DNA from: Octopus bimaculoides
Lineage: Eukaryota
Reading direction: 5' to 3'
Length of the DNA: 64,000 nucleotides
Assembly: GCF_001194135.2 (NCBI RefSeq)
Contig: NC_068983.1
Span: 126,211,672-126,275,671, forward strand
In this document: piece by piece, positions 51,201-63,944 of the stretch
How positions within the stretch are numbered: position 1 is the first letter of the stretch
How the letters are laid out: each line of letters begins with the position of its first letter
Made by a program: the position numbers and the translations under genes
Notes under the pieces: model-generated
The model's database searches: none
The model's input: only the letters and a program-made list of their open reading frames with translations
Told to the model about the DNA's origin: nothing

Positions 51201-51779
51201 TGTGGTTGTGTTTAGGAAGAAATTTATCAAAGTTTGATATACATAACGTCGCGAAATTCAAGCCATCATTGAGAGTTCATAGCCTTTCTGCTTCTTATGT
51301 GCATAACAAAACATAATCTCAGCGGTCTAGGCGAACAGAAAAGTATGCAAGGAGGTTTCCTGATGAATATAAGAATTATATTACAGATTCTGAATACAAC
51401 TTGAGCATGGTTCTATGTATGGTTTCCATTTGCTGGACATCGTTAAAAAGACTGTCTTCTTCCACAGTTAAGTGTAGCCAATTTTGTCGTTTTCACATTG
51501 AATTTCTACGCTTCTATTTCCGAAGTGCCCGACAACATGACAGTGATATCATTCGTGTGTGCCTATAGGCTTCTCTTGTGGCCCAGTTCAAGCGAGATAC
51601 AAACGAAAACACTCCCTCCTCCAAGGGAAAATCCCTGGAACCAATACATAAACCGAGAGTGCGAAGCTTAAGTTGACTACCAAATAAACGCTGCCGTGCT
51701 TTGAAGTATTTTTGGCTCGACTGTTTCTCACTTTATTTCTGCCCATTCTTTTCAGGTGTCTGCCTGATTCGTCTTGCTT

Positions 51780-52790
51780 GCTTGGTCAGGTTCTTAATTT
51801 AATTCAGGGTTGACGGCAAATTTTCTTGCAAATTCACAGGATTCGTTGACAAGGAAACTCGACTTTTTGCTGCTTTCATTTTCTCATACAAGTCGCAGGA
51901 TCCTGTCCTCTGTACTAGATAAATATCTTTTTATTACTATAGCACAGGTTTTACAGCAAAGATCGAATTGCATCATTCCTCTTCCTGCACAGCTTCTAGG
52001 TAGATACAGAGGGTCAATATCTGCATTAGGGTAGTGTATATTCTCAGGAGTCAATAATTTTCTTGTCTGTCTGCCCATGTGTTGGAGTTCCATAAGATTC
52101 TAGTCAATGATGTTAAAATTTTATTGGACTACTAGTAGTGCCAGAGTGTAATGGCTTCGATGTGATTTTTAGAGCTAAGTTCAGTCTTCAGTACAAATCT
52201 TATCCTCCTATAGTGCTTATTTAACCTTTATAATTCACAGCGGCATGAGATATACCATCTCTTTCGTTTATTCCTAGGTATTAATAATTTTCTTCCTGGT
52301 CAATTTAATGGAAGTTGCATATCTGAGCTTGTCTTTGACAAAAGTTGCTTTAGTATACTTATTGAGGCCAAAATCCATTAGCCCTTCTAATTCTTCATCA
52401 TTCCTTGCACACAGCTTCAGATCGTATCATGTAAAAATATATGGTTTATTACATTGTTAGGAATTTTATACCCACACCCGAACTTATTCAATTAATTTGA
52501 AAGATGGATGATTGCAATGCAAAACACGTAATCGAGAGAGGGAGACACCTTCAAAGACGCTTCGTTTCTGATTGATACTCTTGGATTGCCTCATGCCATT
52601 ATTGGGATTTGGAAAGAGACGTGTATTCTAAATGGCCATGTTATTTTGTAAGAACCTGAATACAATAGGAAATATATTATATATCTCAAATACCTTGGAC
52701 GTCCATTGATGGGATCACTGTCAGACGCTTTCCTATAGCATATCCATGCCGTACCCAGATGAGCATTTGGTGGGTGGATGTTGCTAATTA
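51780..52790 (-). mobile_element. Dong/R4-clade non-LTR element RT fragment, decayed
   Basis: TAWICYRKASDS (AWxDYxKAxDS), SVFEGVSLS (GIFQGDSLS), degraded YMDDLKL followed by CARNDEEL, RQTRKLLT..HYPNADIDPLYLPRSCAGRGM. Confidence 0.8.
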
Positions 52791-53199
52791 TCCCGGACTT
52801 GTTGCTGTCATTGTTGTTTTTGTTTTTGTTGTTGTTGTTGTTGTTGTTAAACCTCTGTTAACAGCACCGTATGCAGGTCATTTCCGTTTTCTTTCAAGTA
52901 TGGATATTTTTTTTTACTATACACCTTAATGGTCGTAAAAAGACTTTATCAGTGGACAAATTAAAAAAGGTATTCATAGAGAAAACTGTTCCTGTTCCCA
53001 CTGCAGAACACACACACACACAACATTACAAACCTAGCCCACAGACCCACCTTCACATTCCATAACTGCCATTGGGATCGATCATGTACTGGACAAGGAT
53101 TCTGGATTATTTCTCTGGTTTGTTTACTCAATTTTTGAGAGCGATCGGCCTTATTTTTAGTATTCTCGTTTGTGAGAGCAGTCGAGTTTATTTCAGGTG

Positions 53200-53620
53200 A
53201 TCTCATATCACGATAAACAGCGCATGACCTTGCAGGTGGGGCCCAGCTAGAACTTTCTTCAGGTCGAGTAGCCCATCCCGCTCAAAAGCTCCCTAAATAA
53301 TGTTTGTTTAAGGATGTTGAGTAAAACACCCATGTTTCCAAAGGTGAATTATCAAAACCCCAAAGAATTCCCCTCAACGCATGGCTATGATGCTCCCCGA
53401 CTACTTCTGCTCATCATCAAAGATGCACATATCGTCAGCCACCGAGGGACATGCTCAACTGCTTAAGGTCAAACAACTGACAAGCAAATCTGTGGTATTA
53501 AGCAGAATATTTGCTGTAGCCCATCTTTTATACCAAGACAAATCAATGTACATGATAACATTTCCAATCAATTAAGATCAGAAGCCATGAGAGCCACTGC
53601 TTTGTACTGCATCTGGGCAT
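53200..53620 (-). repeat. Unclassified interspersed repeat attached to a (TAA)n tract
   Basis: Starts directly after (AAT)n with gcccagatgcagtacaaagcagtggctctcatggc. I recall it as a frequent octopus repeat; no coding motif found. Confidence 0.45.
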
Positions 53621-53736
<116 letters not shown>

Positions 53737-54030
53737 NNNNNNNNNNNNNNNNNNNNNNNNNNNNNNNNNNNNNNNNNNNNNNNNNNNNNNNNNNNNNNNN
53801 NNNNNNNNNNNNNNNNNNNNNNNNNNNNNNNNNNNNNNNNNNNNNNNNNNNNNNNNNNNNNNNNNNNNNNNNNNNNNNNNNNNNNNNNNNNNNNNNNNNN
53901 NNNNNNNNNNNNNNNNNNNNNNNNNNNNNNNNNNNNNNNNNNNNNNNNNNNNNNNNNNNNNNNNNNNNNNNNNNNNNNNNNNNNNNNNNNNNNNNNNNNN
54001 NNNNNNNNNNNNNNNNNNNNNNNNNNNNNN

Positions 54031-54262
54031 NTTTTAGATTCCACATTCGAGTTATCTCTATTTCCAGGTCTTTGTATTTTTTCATTTCTTTTAGAGAAAC
54101 GTTGTCATCTGCTGGTATTGATACATCAATTAGAAAGCATTTTTTTCTTCATGATCTTTGACAACTATATCTGGTCTATTTGCCTTAATTTCTCTATCTG
54201 TGTGTATTGGCATATCCCACAGTATGGTTGCTTTCTCGTTTTCTGTGACCTTTTCTGGCGTG

Positions 54263-54265
<3 letters not shown>
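54031..54265 (-). mobile_element. Dong/R4-type restriction-like endonuclease (RLE) fragment bounded by (TAA)n
   Basis: PEKVTENEKATILWDMPIHTDREIKANRPDIVVKD, then after a frameshift [37 protein letters not shown] (PD..D..K-KY motif). Confidence 0.9.
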
Positions 54266-54324
<59 letters not shown>

Positions 54325-54430
54325 CAAGGCTGCGAGCTGATTGCATCGCTAGCAAGCAAGGCAACATACTTAGCAGGATTTCGATGGCCTTTACATGTTG
54401 AGTTCAGATTCCACGGGGCTTAACTTAGAT
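54325..54430 (+). mobile_element. SINE family B 5' half
   Basis: aaggctgcgagctg..catacttagcaggatttcg..gttgagttcagattcc directly after (ATT)n. Confidence 0.6.
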
Positions 54431-57169
54431 TTTCATTTTTTTTTGTGTTCGATGAAGTAAGCAAGCGTTGAGGATATGTTATTCCATTACCTTTGGCAAA
54501 ATACTATTCTGCTATTCTTTGTTAATTGCCATTGGCAACACTTAATGCTTTATCTGACACGTTAACATTCACTAGTCAACGTCACCTGCGTGTGAAAACG
54601 TTCCAGTTTTGTTTAGAAATCCATTTAGCTGCTCTCTCCGTTATATTAATGTTTGTAATGCTGCTGGCAGTATTAGTGGTAGTAGTGGTGGCAGTTTTTT
54701 CGATAGTGTTGTTGCTGCTTTTATGATGGCTCTCTTTTGTTGTTCCTTTGATGATGCTGTCTGTGTTAGAATTTTTAACTGCAGAAAGTTAGCTTCATAC
54801 ATTTCCCGTGCTGTGTTGTAATCCTTGTTGTCGTAGTTGCTGATAATATCGTTGTTATTACTGCTGCAGTTGTTGTCACCGATGTTTGCAATTATGCACT
54901 TCTGTACTGCAAGCGTGAGACCTTTTCTACGGATGATAAATCCTCGTCCACCATCATTCTTTTATTGAATAAAAGTTGAGATGAAGTTTTTAGTAAACAA
55001 GTCACAATCTTGGACTTAAGGGCTAAAGTTGCAGAAATACTAAACAGCTCCCATAAGTTCCTGGCTCGTTTTGTTTTTATATATATAAAAGCATAACAAA
55101 TGTTTAGTATATAATTTGTTTAAGCGTAAATACACTTGTGGGATCGACTTACAATAGACGCACATGTGACGCTCTGTGAACCATAGATTGAATCAATCTT
55201 AATTCACTTAATAAACTGAACCATTGATCAGAGCTTTTAAATCATGTACACAATGTCATTATTATTCTCAGCATACGACTTACTTTATTAACTCTAGTGA
55301 GTGATTCAGTGTAAGATCTATTCGAGTAGAATTTGAACTGATAACCTATACTCACAACATTGATAACTCTAGGGTATTCTAATTTGACAGTAGAGAAATA
55401 TAGATTATTGGTAATACGACACAATTTACTAACTAACTCAACACCTGCTGTTCTGTTTTGTGAAATAAATGACGAATACTTTAAGAAACTTTATAGTTTA
55501 CTTCTCTATCAGAATTCGTATCTAAAAATTGACGTAAAACTAAGTTTATAAATTTCTTATTATTTGTTCTTATGAAACAGGAAATAAGAGAAATGAGAAA
55601 GGAAACAACAGAAAAGGACAAACAGAAACGTTGAAAGAATGTGGGGAGCAATGCAGCAGAAGAATGGAGGTGTGTGCTAAGCGGAGTGCTAAGCCGCACT
55701 CCGCACATTGTAGAATATATATTTCACACATTAACAATAACAAATAACAAAACAGAATGATGTACGCACAGAATGTATTAGCTTGACTCTCATCGAAGCT
55801 GAGGGAGTGGCAGAATTAAATGCACGCTAGATATTTTTTTATTTATGTTACTTAGCTGAAATTCGTGGTGCACTTGTTATGCAATGAGCCATCATGGTCA
55901 ACTTAGGTAATCATGAAGCTAAAATTACCATACCGTAGTGAAGGTTACGTTATCACCCGGATTTTCTTAGTCACCCAAAACACAATAGTGAATTAACTGA
56001 ATAGAAACAAAATGCTGTAAAATATAGAAACAAGAGTGTTAAAACCATAAAAAAAATCAAGAAATGTCGAGAACCAATGAGCGAAAAAAAGAGAGAGAAA
56101 GAAAGAAACAAGAAAAAGAAAGAAGAAAAGGATTATCGTTATAGCAGGCCATAAACATCTGTTCAAGAGATGTGACAATAGACGTTTCTGTCTGTTAGAA
56201 TGCTGTCGCCCAAGTTTATACAGTAAAATAGTGCTGGAGTTGGAATTGTCCGTTCCATAGAACACATATATACATTGGGGATACATACATATATACATAT
56301 ATAATGCACATAAATACAAACACATGTATATATGTGTGTATGTGTGTCTGTGTTTGTGCGTGTGTGCGCGCCTGCACGCTTATGAATATCCACACATGTA
56401 TGCATGCAAACCCAAATACGCGTACATATATATGCACCTGCACTGGTATACACGACTATGTATACACATATATACGGAAATACACATACATACACGCGTG
56501 GATGAAATGTTATTTAAACACTCACCCGGTTGAATAAGTTTGGTGAAAGTGTTGGTGCTGTTAAACATCTATTTCGAAGACTTCATCTTGACATTTTGAA
56601 GTGCATTTTGATAGTTTTCAATCTTGATTAGATCCTTTTTTTTTTTACAGAAAAAGACACATCATTAACACGATTATTCAGCTTAGACGCAAACTCTTCT
56701 CCTTAAATGTCTACTTCTCTAAGGGTTATGATGCTTGTTTTCTCTTTTAAGGTGTTAATTGAATCCTTGATGCCATTTTCTGTTTTCTTATTCAATAAAT
56801 TTGTCAGATTTTCTGAAAAAAGAAAAGAAAATAGCTGGACAATTATAATTGGAAATAATATTAAACACATTATTTTTTATGAATTCTCTCAGAAATAAAT
56901 TCCATTCTATGGAAATTAAACCAATCATAGCAAAACGTTATGACAGATAACCTTTGGTATTGTTTTTAAACGAGGAGACAAGATTTCTGTTGTTAAAACT
57001 TAATATGGTGTGTGTACCTATATCTGCTATAGTCTCCTAAAAGGCAAAATTCGAGCAAATAAGTGAACATGTGTTTGTATGCAAGGATATACTTGTAATG
57101 TTCAATTTGACATCATTGTTTGTGAATGTTAAATAAACAGGCTTTTAAATAAAGAAGGTAGTACTTATA

Positions 57170-57206
<37 letters not shown>

Positions 57207-58677
57207 ATATACACACAGACACATACACATATACACACACGTACACATAGACACGGAGAGTCACACGCACATGCACACAATACACACACACACTAATATA
57301 TATATATATATATNNNNNNNNNNNNNNNNNNNNNNNNNNNNNNNNNNNNNNNNNNNNNNNNNNNNNNNNNNNNNNNNNNNNNNNNNNNNNNNNNNNNNNN
57401 NNNNNNNNNNNNNNNNNNNNNNNNNNNNNNNNNNNNNNNNNNNNNNNNNNNNNNNNNNNNNNNNNNNNNNNNNNNNNNNNNNNNNNNNNNNNNNNNNNNN
57501 NNNNNNNNNNNNNNNNNNNNNNNNNNNNNNNNNNNNNNNNNNNNNNNNNNNNNNNNNNNNNNNNNNNNNNNNNNNNNNNNNATATATATATATATATATA
57601 TATATACATACATATAGTTGAGGTGTGTTCTGTTAAGAACGTATAAAAGTACAAAAAGAGCTCGTTCACCCTTAGAATTCCCAAATAAACGGTAGTATTC
57701 GTATGGTATGCTGCCAATTCTAGTCTTAGGTATTCCTCCTGTGAGGAAGAATTGAGTATTCTACTCAGTGATGAAAATATAGTGAATAAACATGATGAGG
57801 AAACTCCAAGATGTAACCACCGTGCCAAATATGTATTTTCTAGATGGAACAGTGTATGAATTATAATTATTATTCTATTTCACTAAACCCATTTTTACCG
57901 CATTCACGTATGCATAGCAGTGTGTATTTATGATAGAACTTTGAACGATATAACTATGCAGATATAATTATGTACATGGCAAGGAGTAGATAAATGTATA
58001 AGCGTCTATGTATAGATGTGAAGGTGTTTATTGATATGTAGTTGAGTATATATATATATATGAGTGTGTGATCTTAATATATGTAGATATATTTTTATAT
58101 ATGTATGTATGTGTGTACGTGTCTGCGGCTGAGTGTATGTGTGAGTGTATGTGTGTGTGTGTATGTGTGTATGTATGGAAACACTCCGTGATGTATGGTA
58201 TATCGGTGTGTAAGTGATTGTATACATATAAGCTAATGGCTGAATTTATTTTGCGTAAAGGTACTGTTTGATATGTGCAGAATAACATGAATAAATAAAC
58301 AGACAACAGAATAACTGAATAAATAAATAGAGAACGTGCACATTGCAGCTCATTTCGAACCTGATAATACATTCATATTGAGAGAACTGAAGCCGTCAGC
58401 GTTTGTTAGTATCAAAGAAGATGCCATGGATGTTGTAGCATAGAAATCTACATTTGCTTACGGAAACATCAACTGAGTATCGCCTAAAGATATACATATA
58501 CATCTTCTTATACAGGTAGATCGTTACATAATTTAATTTAAACTTAACTTTGAAACCTGTGTATACGATGATCTGTATGTATCGAAAGATTTGTAGTGAT
58601 TAAAAAGCTGCCTAAACATACTCTTCCTTTTAGCTCTTTTACTCTTTACTTTTTACTTTTTATACATACATACATAC

Positions 58678-59250
58678 ATTCAGAAAAATCATATTAATTA
58701 CATATACGAGGGATGACCAAAAGTGGACATCTATTTTGCTAGAAGTCGACTCCCTATGGTCTGACCACTAAGAAAAGATTCTTCTCAAGAAAATTCAGCA
58801 AGCACCAGAATCTAAGCCAGCAAAACAAATGAAAAGATAGAAAATATTAAAGATTAATCATAGACCGGTTTCGTTGTCACCACTTACGTAATTAAGATCA
58901 CAGAACGAAAACTTTTGAAATATAACACCAAACGTAACTGGTAGAACTATATGCATATTCAATCCCATGCGGACGTCTCGTTTATAGTTCTGCCTTTTAC
59001 ATTGCCAAGACGATCATACTGAAGAGTTGCGGACAATTACGTAAGTGGTCTCAACGAAACCGGTCTATGATTAATCTTTATATTTTGTATATTTTCATTT
59101 GTCTTGCTCGCTTAGGTTGTGGTGTTTGCTGAATTTTCTTGAGAACAGTCTTTTCTTCGTGGTCAGACCATAGGGATTCTACTCCTAGCAAAATGGATGT
59201 CCACTTAGTTGTCATCCCTCGTATATGTAATTAATATAATTTTTCTGAAT
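58678..59250. repeat. Long inverted repeat: ~215-bp arms (58678-58893, 59035-59250), ~140-bp spacer; probable inverted PLE terminal repeat
   Basis: The arms align end to end, about 90% identical by eye (about 19 differences), and overlap a hammerhead. Confidence 0.9.
59013..59071 (+). ncRNA. Minimal type I hammerhead ribozyme, canonical core
   Basis: Stem I ATCATA(59013-18)/TATGAT(59066-71); core CTGAAGA(59019-25); stem II GTTG/CAAC with G10.1-C11.1; GAAA(59056-59); palindromic stem III ACCGGT; GUC site with predicted cleavage after 59065. Confidence 0.85.
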
Positions 59251-59333
59251 CTTCAGATTTTTTCATTATGCTAGGCCATTCGTTCTAAATTGATATTAAT
59301 CAAACTAATATTCAATGTTTCACCCTTATTATT

Positions 59334-59390
<57 letters not shown>

Positions 59391-59409
59391 TTAAATTAGC
59401 TGGAAGTCC

Positions 59410-59660
59410 ATCGGTTAAGAGGACGTGACTTCCAGCTGATCCGATCAACGTAACACCCTGCACGTGAAATTAACGAGTATGTTTCAGAGCACCCCACCAG
59501 TAGGCGTAGCGGTAGCGGAGTTCTCAAAAAGATTCAGTATGACATCAGATGTGACATGGTTGGCCCTTTCAGATGCAAGTACTATCAACTTCTGCCAGCT
59601 GAGTGAACTGAAACATCGTGAAAATGTCTTCTTCAACGATACAACGTGCCACCGGGTATC
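59410..59660 (-). mobile_element. Third SINE family (C), headless and decayed
   Basis: Reverse complement contains ttttcacgatgtttcagttcactcagctggcagaag..aagggccaaccatgtcac..ttaatttcacgtgcagggtgttacgttgatcggatc, resembling an octopus SINE body as I recall it. Confidence 0.55.
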
Positions 59661-60004
59661 TTCTAAATTAGTAGAAAGAGAAAGACTTTAATATATTTTT
59701 AAGGATCAGTTACAATTGTTTATCTAACAAATCTCCTTTGAATGCTAAATCTTTGAATTTTTATACTCTTTAATTCATCCCTAATTTGTAAATCCTCCAC
59801 TTAAATGCTAGTGTTCTGGACGCTTTTCTTGGAAGTAATACTGTTACGGTCTCCCGGGAATTTATGCTTACGAATATCACTACCACCTCTCGATGGTACA
59901 TATTCTATTACTATTACTCCTCATGCGGAATGCTTTTAACTTCTAAGATTTAACAAATTTAAATACTATGTCCTACACTATATAAACCTCGCCTCTTGTT
60001 GTTG

Positions 60005-60066
<62 letters not shown>

Positions 60067-60070
<4 letters not shown>

Positions 60071-60143
60071 TCACTGCTTGGAATCGAAAACTCGAAATCT
60101 GGGGGTTATTAGCCCGCGCTCTTAACCCCTACGCCATATGCCC
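60067..60143 (-). other. tRNA-like (Pol III promoter-like) module at a PLE 3' terminus
   Basis: GGGCATATGGCGTAGGGGTTAAGAGCGCGGGCTAATAACCCCCAGATTTCGAGTTTTCGATTCC: A-box-like TGGCGTAGGGG, an anticodon-arm-like GGG-CTAATAA-CCC and B-box-like GTTTTCGATTCC. The acceptor stem is poor, so it is not a functional tRNA. Confidence 0.65.
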
Positions 60144-60159
60144 GTGGGCAATTATGGAA

Positions 60160-60990
60160 AATGAATTTTAGGGGTTAAAAATCTAATATTCTCCTATCCT
60201 TCCTTACTACCGGTCCCCATATGCTATTCATATCTGCACACAGTCTGCTTAGGAGTTTGTTGCGTCCTAGCATATGTACTGCTACTTCTAGTTTTGATCT
60301 CTGTCTATTATTTTAATTTCATACCACAGGGGGAGGTGGTCTCTATTTTTCCATACAAGATCAGCTGTACCCGTTTTATTAATATCTCCTCGTGTCACAG
60401 CTTTGTGACGTTCGTCTACCCTTATTTTGAAGGGCGGCATATTTCGCCTTTGTATAACCTACCACAGCTGCATGGGATGGAGTACACGCAGTTTTTGGTC
60501 ATATTCTCTTCTTTGGGTAGTTTTACACGAAGGAGATATTTGCGAAGTGTTGTATTGCTCTTGAATACCGTCTTGATGTCATATGGGCCGCATATCTTTG
60601 TATCTTTTCGAAGAGGCCTTTCACATATGGTAGACAGACCGTGGACAGTTTATTGGTTTCATCATCTTTTTTCTTAATACTTGGAGTAGATAGTATGTTT
60701 TGTTGTAGTTGTTGCTTATCAGGCTGTTACTGAGCTTGATAATTTCTTTGTGGTGGGTATCACGATCGCTAATTATGTTCTTTGCTCGATGTTAGGCACT
60801 GTGCAATCCCTCCACAGTATGGATTGTGGGAATTGAAGCTGAGGTATCGTCCAGTGAAGTTCGTCTTGCGGTATATGGATGTCCTGAAACCATACTTGGT
60901 GCATGTTATTAATACCTCCAGGAATGCTACCGGATTGTCTTTTTCCTTTTCTATTGTGAAAAAGACAATCAGGTGGCATTCCCACCAATA
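60160..60990 (-). mobile_element. Penelope-like element, 5'-truncated: RT C-terminus plus GIY-YIG endonuclease
   Basis: FTIEKEKDNPVAFLEVLIT..FRTSIYRKTNFTGRYLSFNSHNP; STVCLPYVKGL; NCVYSIPCSCGRLYKGE (GIY-YIG); LPLWYEIKIIDR. Confidence 0.92.
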
Positions 60991-61020
60991 ATAATAATGT
61001 TAAAAATAAAACTACTGAAC

Positions 61021-61064
<44 letters not shown>

Positions 61065-61126
61065 CAATAATAATAATAACATCGAAAAATACATTAGGAA
61101 TGAGATCCCAGTTTAGAAAGTTCCCC

Positions 61127-61172
61127 AAGACCTGCTGAAGGCTGGAAGGTATATCAGCCGAAACGTTGTCTT
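61127..61172 (+). ncRNA. Minimal type I hammerhead, CUGCUGA (A6C) core, in an inverted PLE terminal repeat
   Basis: AAGAC(61127-31)/GTCTT(61168-72) stem I; CTGCTGA; extra A; GGCTG/CAGCC stem II; GAAA; palindromic ACGT stem III; GUU site. Confidence 0.7.
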
Positions 61173-61834
61173 CACAACAAAGAAGATGAAGACAAATATC
61201 CGTCAAATGTAAATAATGTAAATAATGTACACATAAATCCTAATAAAATATGACTATAATGCTGGTAATCATGCTCTGAAACCCATTTTGGCATTTGGCA
61301 ATAAACATGGAAAGTCTGAACGTATTTCGATCTAATTTAGCAACCTTAACGGTCTATAGTTCTAGGTGTAAAACAAACCCTACTGTGACTGAGAAAGTAC
61401 AAATATCGAATACGAGTTAAGCGTAAAATCATTTCCTTATATTACTGAATATACAAGCAAAGATACGTTATATACAAGAACAGCAGGGTAGCAGAAACCC
61501 ATTTCAGCGAAGTTATAACTCATACTTCTGTGATTTACTGACCTGTGATTAGTTCTTTGATACAGAGGGACAGGTCATTCTCTATGGACAGTATACATTA
61601 TATATGGAAATGATACGACCTGAAACAAGATTGTGTACTATATTTTATGAAACATCAATAAATTGATGAATTATGTATATTTTTGCAGCACGTAGAGTAT
61701 GAATATCGTCTATTAAACGAGTTGGCTTTTGCATACTGATCTGCTCTATGAAATAATACACTGTTTCTGTTTCCTCGTACTAACCAATAACTAGTCCTAT
61801 TCATAAATATATTTATTCTTTTATTCTGTTAATT

Positions 61835-61995
61835 ATTTCAGTCTTTTGGCCGCGGCCATGATGGAGCACCGCTTTGAAGGGTTTTAGTAAACACCAGAAC
61901 TTATTTCTCAAGCCTAATACTTATTCTATCAGTATCTTATGCTGTAACGCTAAGTCACAGGGACGTAAACACACTACCATCTGTTGTCAAGCGAT
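61835..61995 (-). mobile_element. SINE family A 3' half
   Basis: tttcagtcttttggccgcggccatgatggagcaccgc..aagcctaatacttattctatc..gctaagtcacagggacgtaaacac..gttgtcaagcgat matches the 3' block of the 9803 copy. Confidence 0.8.
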
Positions 61996-62024
61996 CATAC
62001 ACACATACACGTATGTGGGGGTGC

Positions 62025-62102
<78 letters not shown>

Positions 62103-62112
62103 GTGTGTGTGT

Positions 62113-62180
<68 letters not shown>

Positions 62181-62537
62181 TGATACAGCTGGTACCTACG
62201 TCCATCAGTGATAATTGGTGACAATTAAATTTCTCATTTTTGGTTATATAATGGGTATAGCTGCCTTCGTTATTTTATAATTTCCACATTAACATTGGAG
62301 TAAATCAGCTATAAATTTATATGGTAAATATATATCCTGACAGTGCGGATTTACCTAAAATATTCGGAGATGGAGTAGTCACTACTGACGGGTCTGTATT
62401 TTTTCAGACGAACCTAATCTAGTGAACTTACTTCGCTTATGGGGCAGTTATCTCCCCTGTCATTATCAGAAAATGTGCTTTCTTATGGCTCTAAGTGCGT
62501 TAACTCTTATTTGTAGCAATACATGCGCTCCGCCTTA

Positions 62538-62583
<46 letters not shown>

Positions 62584-63769
62584 TAAGACGCAGATGCAAC
62601 CCAAAAAATTATAGCATACGAAAAAAGTCTTATAGGGAGTATCATATATCAAATATAGTCCTTCTTGTGAGCAACGTTTACTATTATTTTTCTTTTTTTT
62701 TATAACACACGTGAAATACTGGTTGCCTTCGCTTCAGATACGCCAATATCTTATCCGCAGATACCTATATAAGATATTGAATTCTATGAAATGTCGAGAT
62801 GAGTAAATCGTTTGTCCTTGGAATTTATTGTTGAAAATAATATATGTTCATAAAAATTTAAGGAAATTCAGCTGAAAGTCTGTATCTGTATGAGTTATAA
62901 TGCGTTTTGAAATAAATGCTTCCTTTTAGCTTGATTCTATCTGATAATATAGAGTTTATATCATGTATTATGCCATCAGTCAGCCTTGGTACACTATGGG
63001 CCCATTGTATCGAGCTTTTCATAGAACTTTGTGATTATTCTAAATTAAAACTTTTGTCAAATAGATTGGTTTCAATGAAAGCAGAATTTCTGGGATCGCA
63101 AAAGTATTGGTTAACATCTGTAACAGAAGTCTAACTCGTTATGCACGCATCAGTGTACAACTATTATTGACTCCTTTATATTTTAGTTTTAACAGATATA
63201 TTCTCAATGTCCAAGTCAAAAATTGCATTATGCAGCTTTTGGGAAATTGTAAATTCATCTACAACAAAATCAAAAAAGGAAAATCCAACTATATAAATAC
63301 TGAAACTTCACTGAAATGCTACTCTCTAATACGATTCATAAATGCACATCTCTGCCATATGTATTTTTTGCTATATCTTCTCTATATGTATCTTTGGCTT
63401 TTTGAAAAGTTCCCCGTTATGTTATGTTGGAATAAAAGCGAAACAACATAAACAAAGTAAGGTTTTCTCAAGGCTGTACCGAAGATTTCCTTATAAGATA
63501 TTTGCTTCGCATAAATGTATATTGTAATGTACGCATGTGTGGCTGAATGTATGTATATGTATATCTACATATGGATGCATACATGTAGGTCGCATTGCAA
63601 GTATGTATGAATGGATGATTATGTCTATGCACCAACGAATAAACGCTCACATACGATCACGCGCCTGAAGACACAAAAAAATACGTCGACATTGAGGAGT
63701 CATAAACAGGCATATTCCTATCCGTATATTCAGACTTGCACGTGGATACGTATATATAAGATAAATGTA

Positions 63770-63793
63770 AGTCTATCTATCTATCGGTCTGTA

Positions 63794-63858
<65 letters not shown>

Positions 63859-63944
63859 GTCTCTCTGTCGGTCTATGTATGTATGTATGTATGTATGTAT
63901 CTATCTATCTGTCTATCTATCTATCTATCTATCTACCTGTCTGC

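Noticed and set aside
51360-51390. CTGATGA followed by an ATATAA/TTATAT hairpin
   Set aside because: No GAAA or stem III follows; at most a truncated relic.
54640-54960. Open minus frame beginning DGGRGF, possibly Dong-related
   Set aside because: One short motif followed by low-complexity N/Q/T-rich sequence.
58705-59223. TA-CGAGGGATGAC..GTCATCCCTCG-TA resembling mariner TIRs (MITE)
   Set aside because: The inverted similarity extends about 27 bp beyond the TA on both sides and the arms contain hammerhead sequence, which fits a PLE inversion better.
60067-60143. Functional tRNA gene
   Set aside because: The acceptor stem and T-arm pair poorly and it is embedded in a retroelement end; reported as tRNA-like only.
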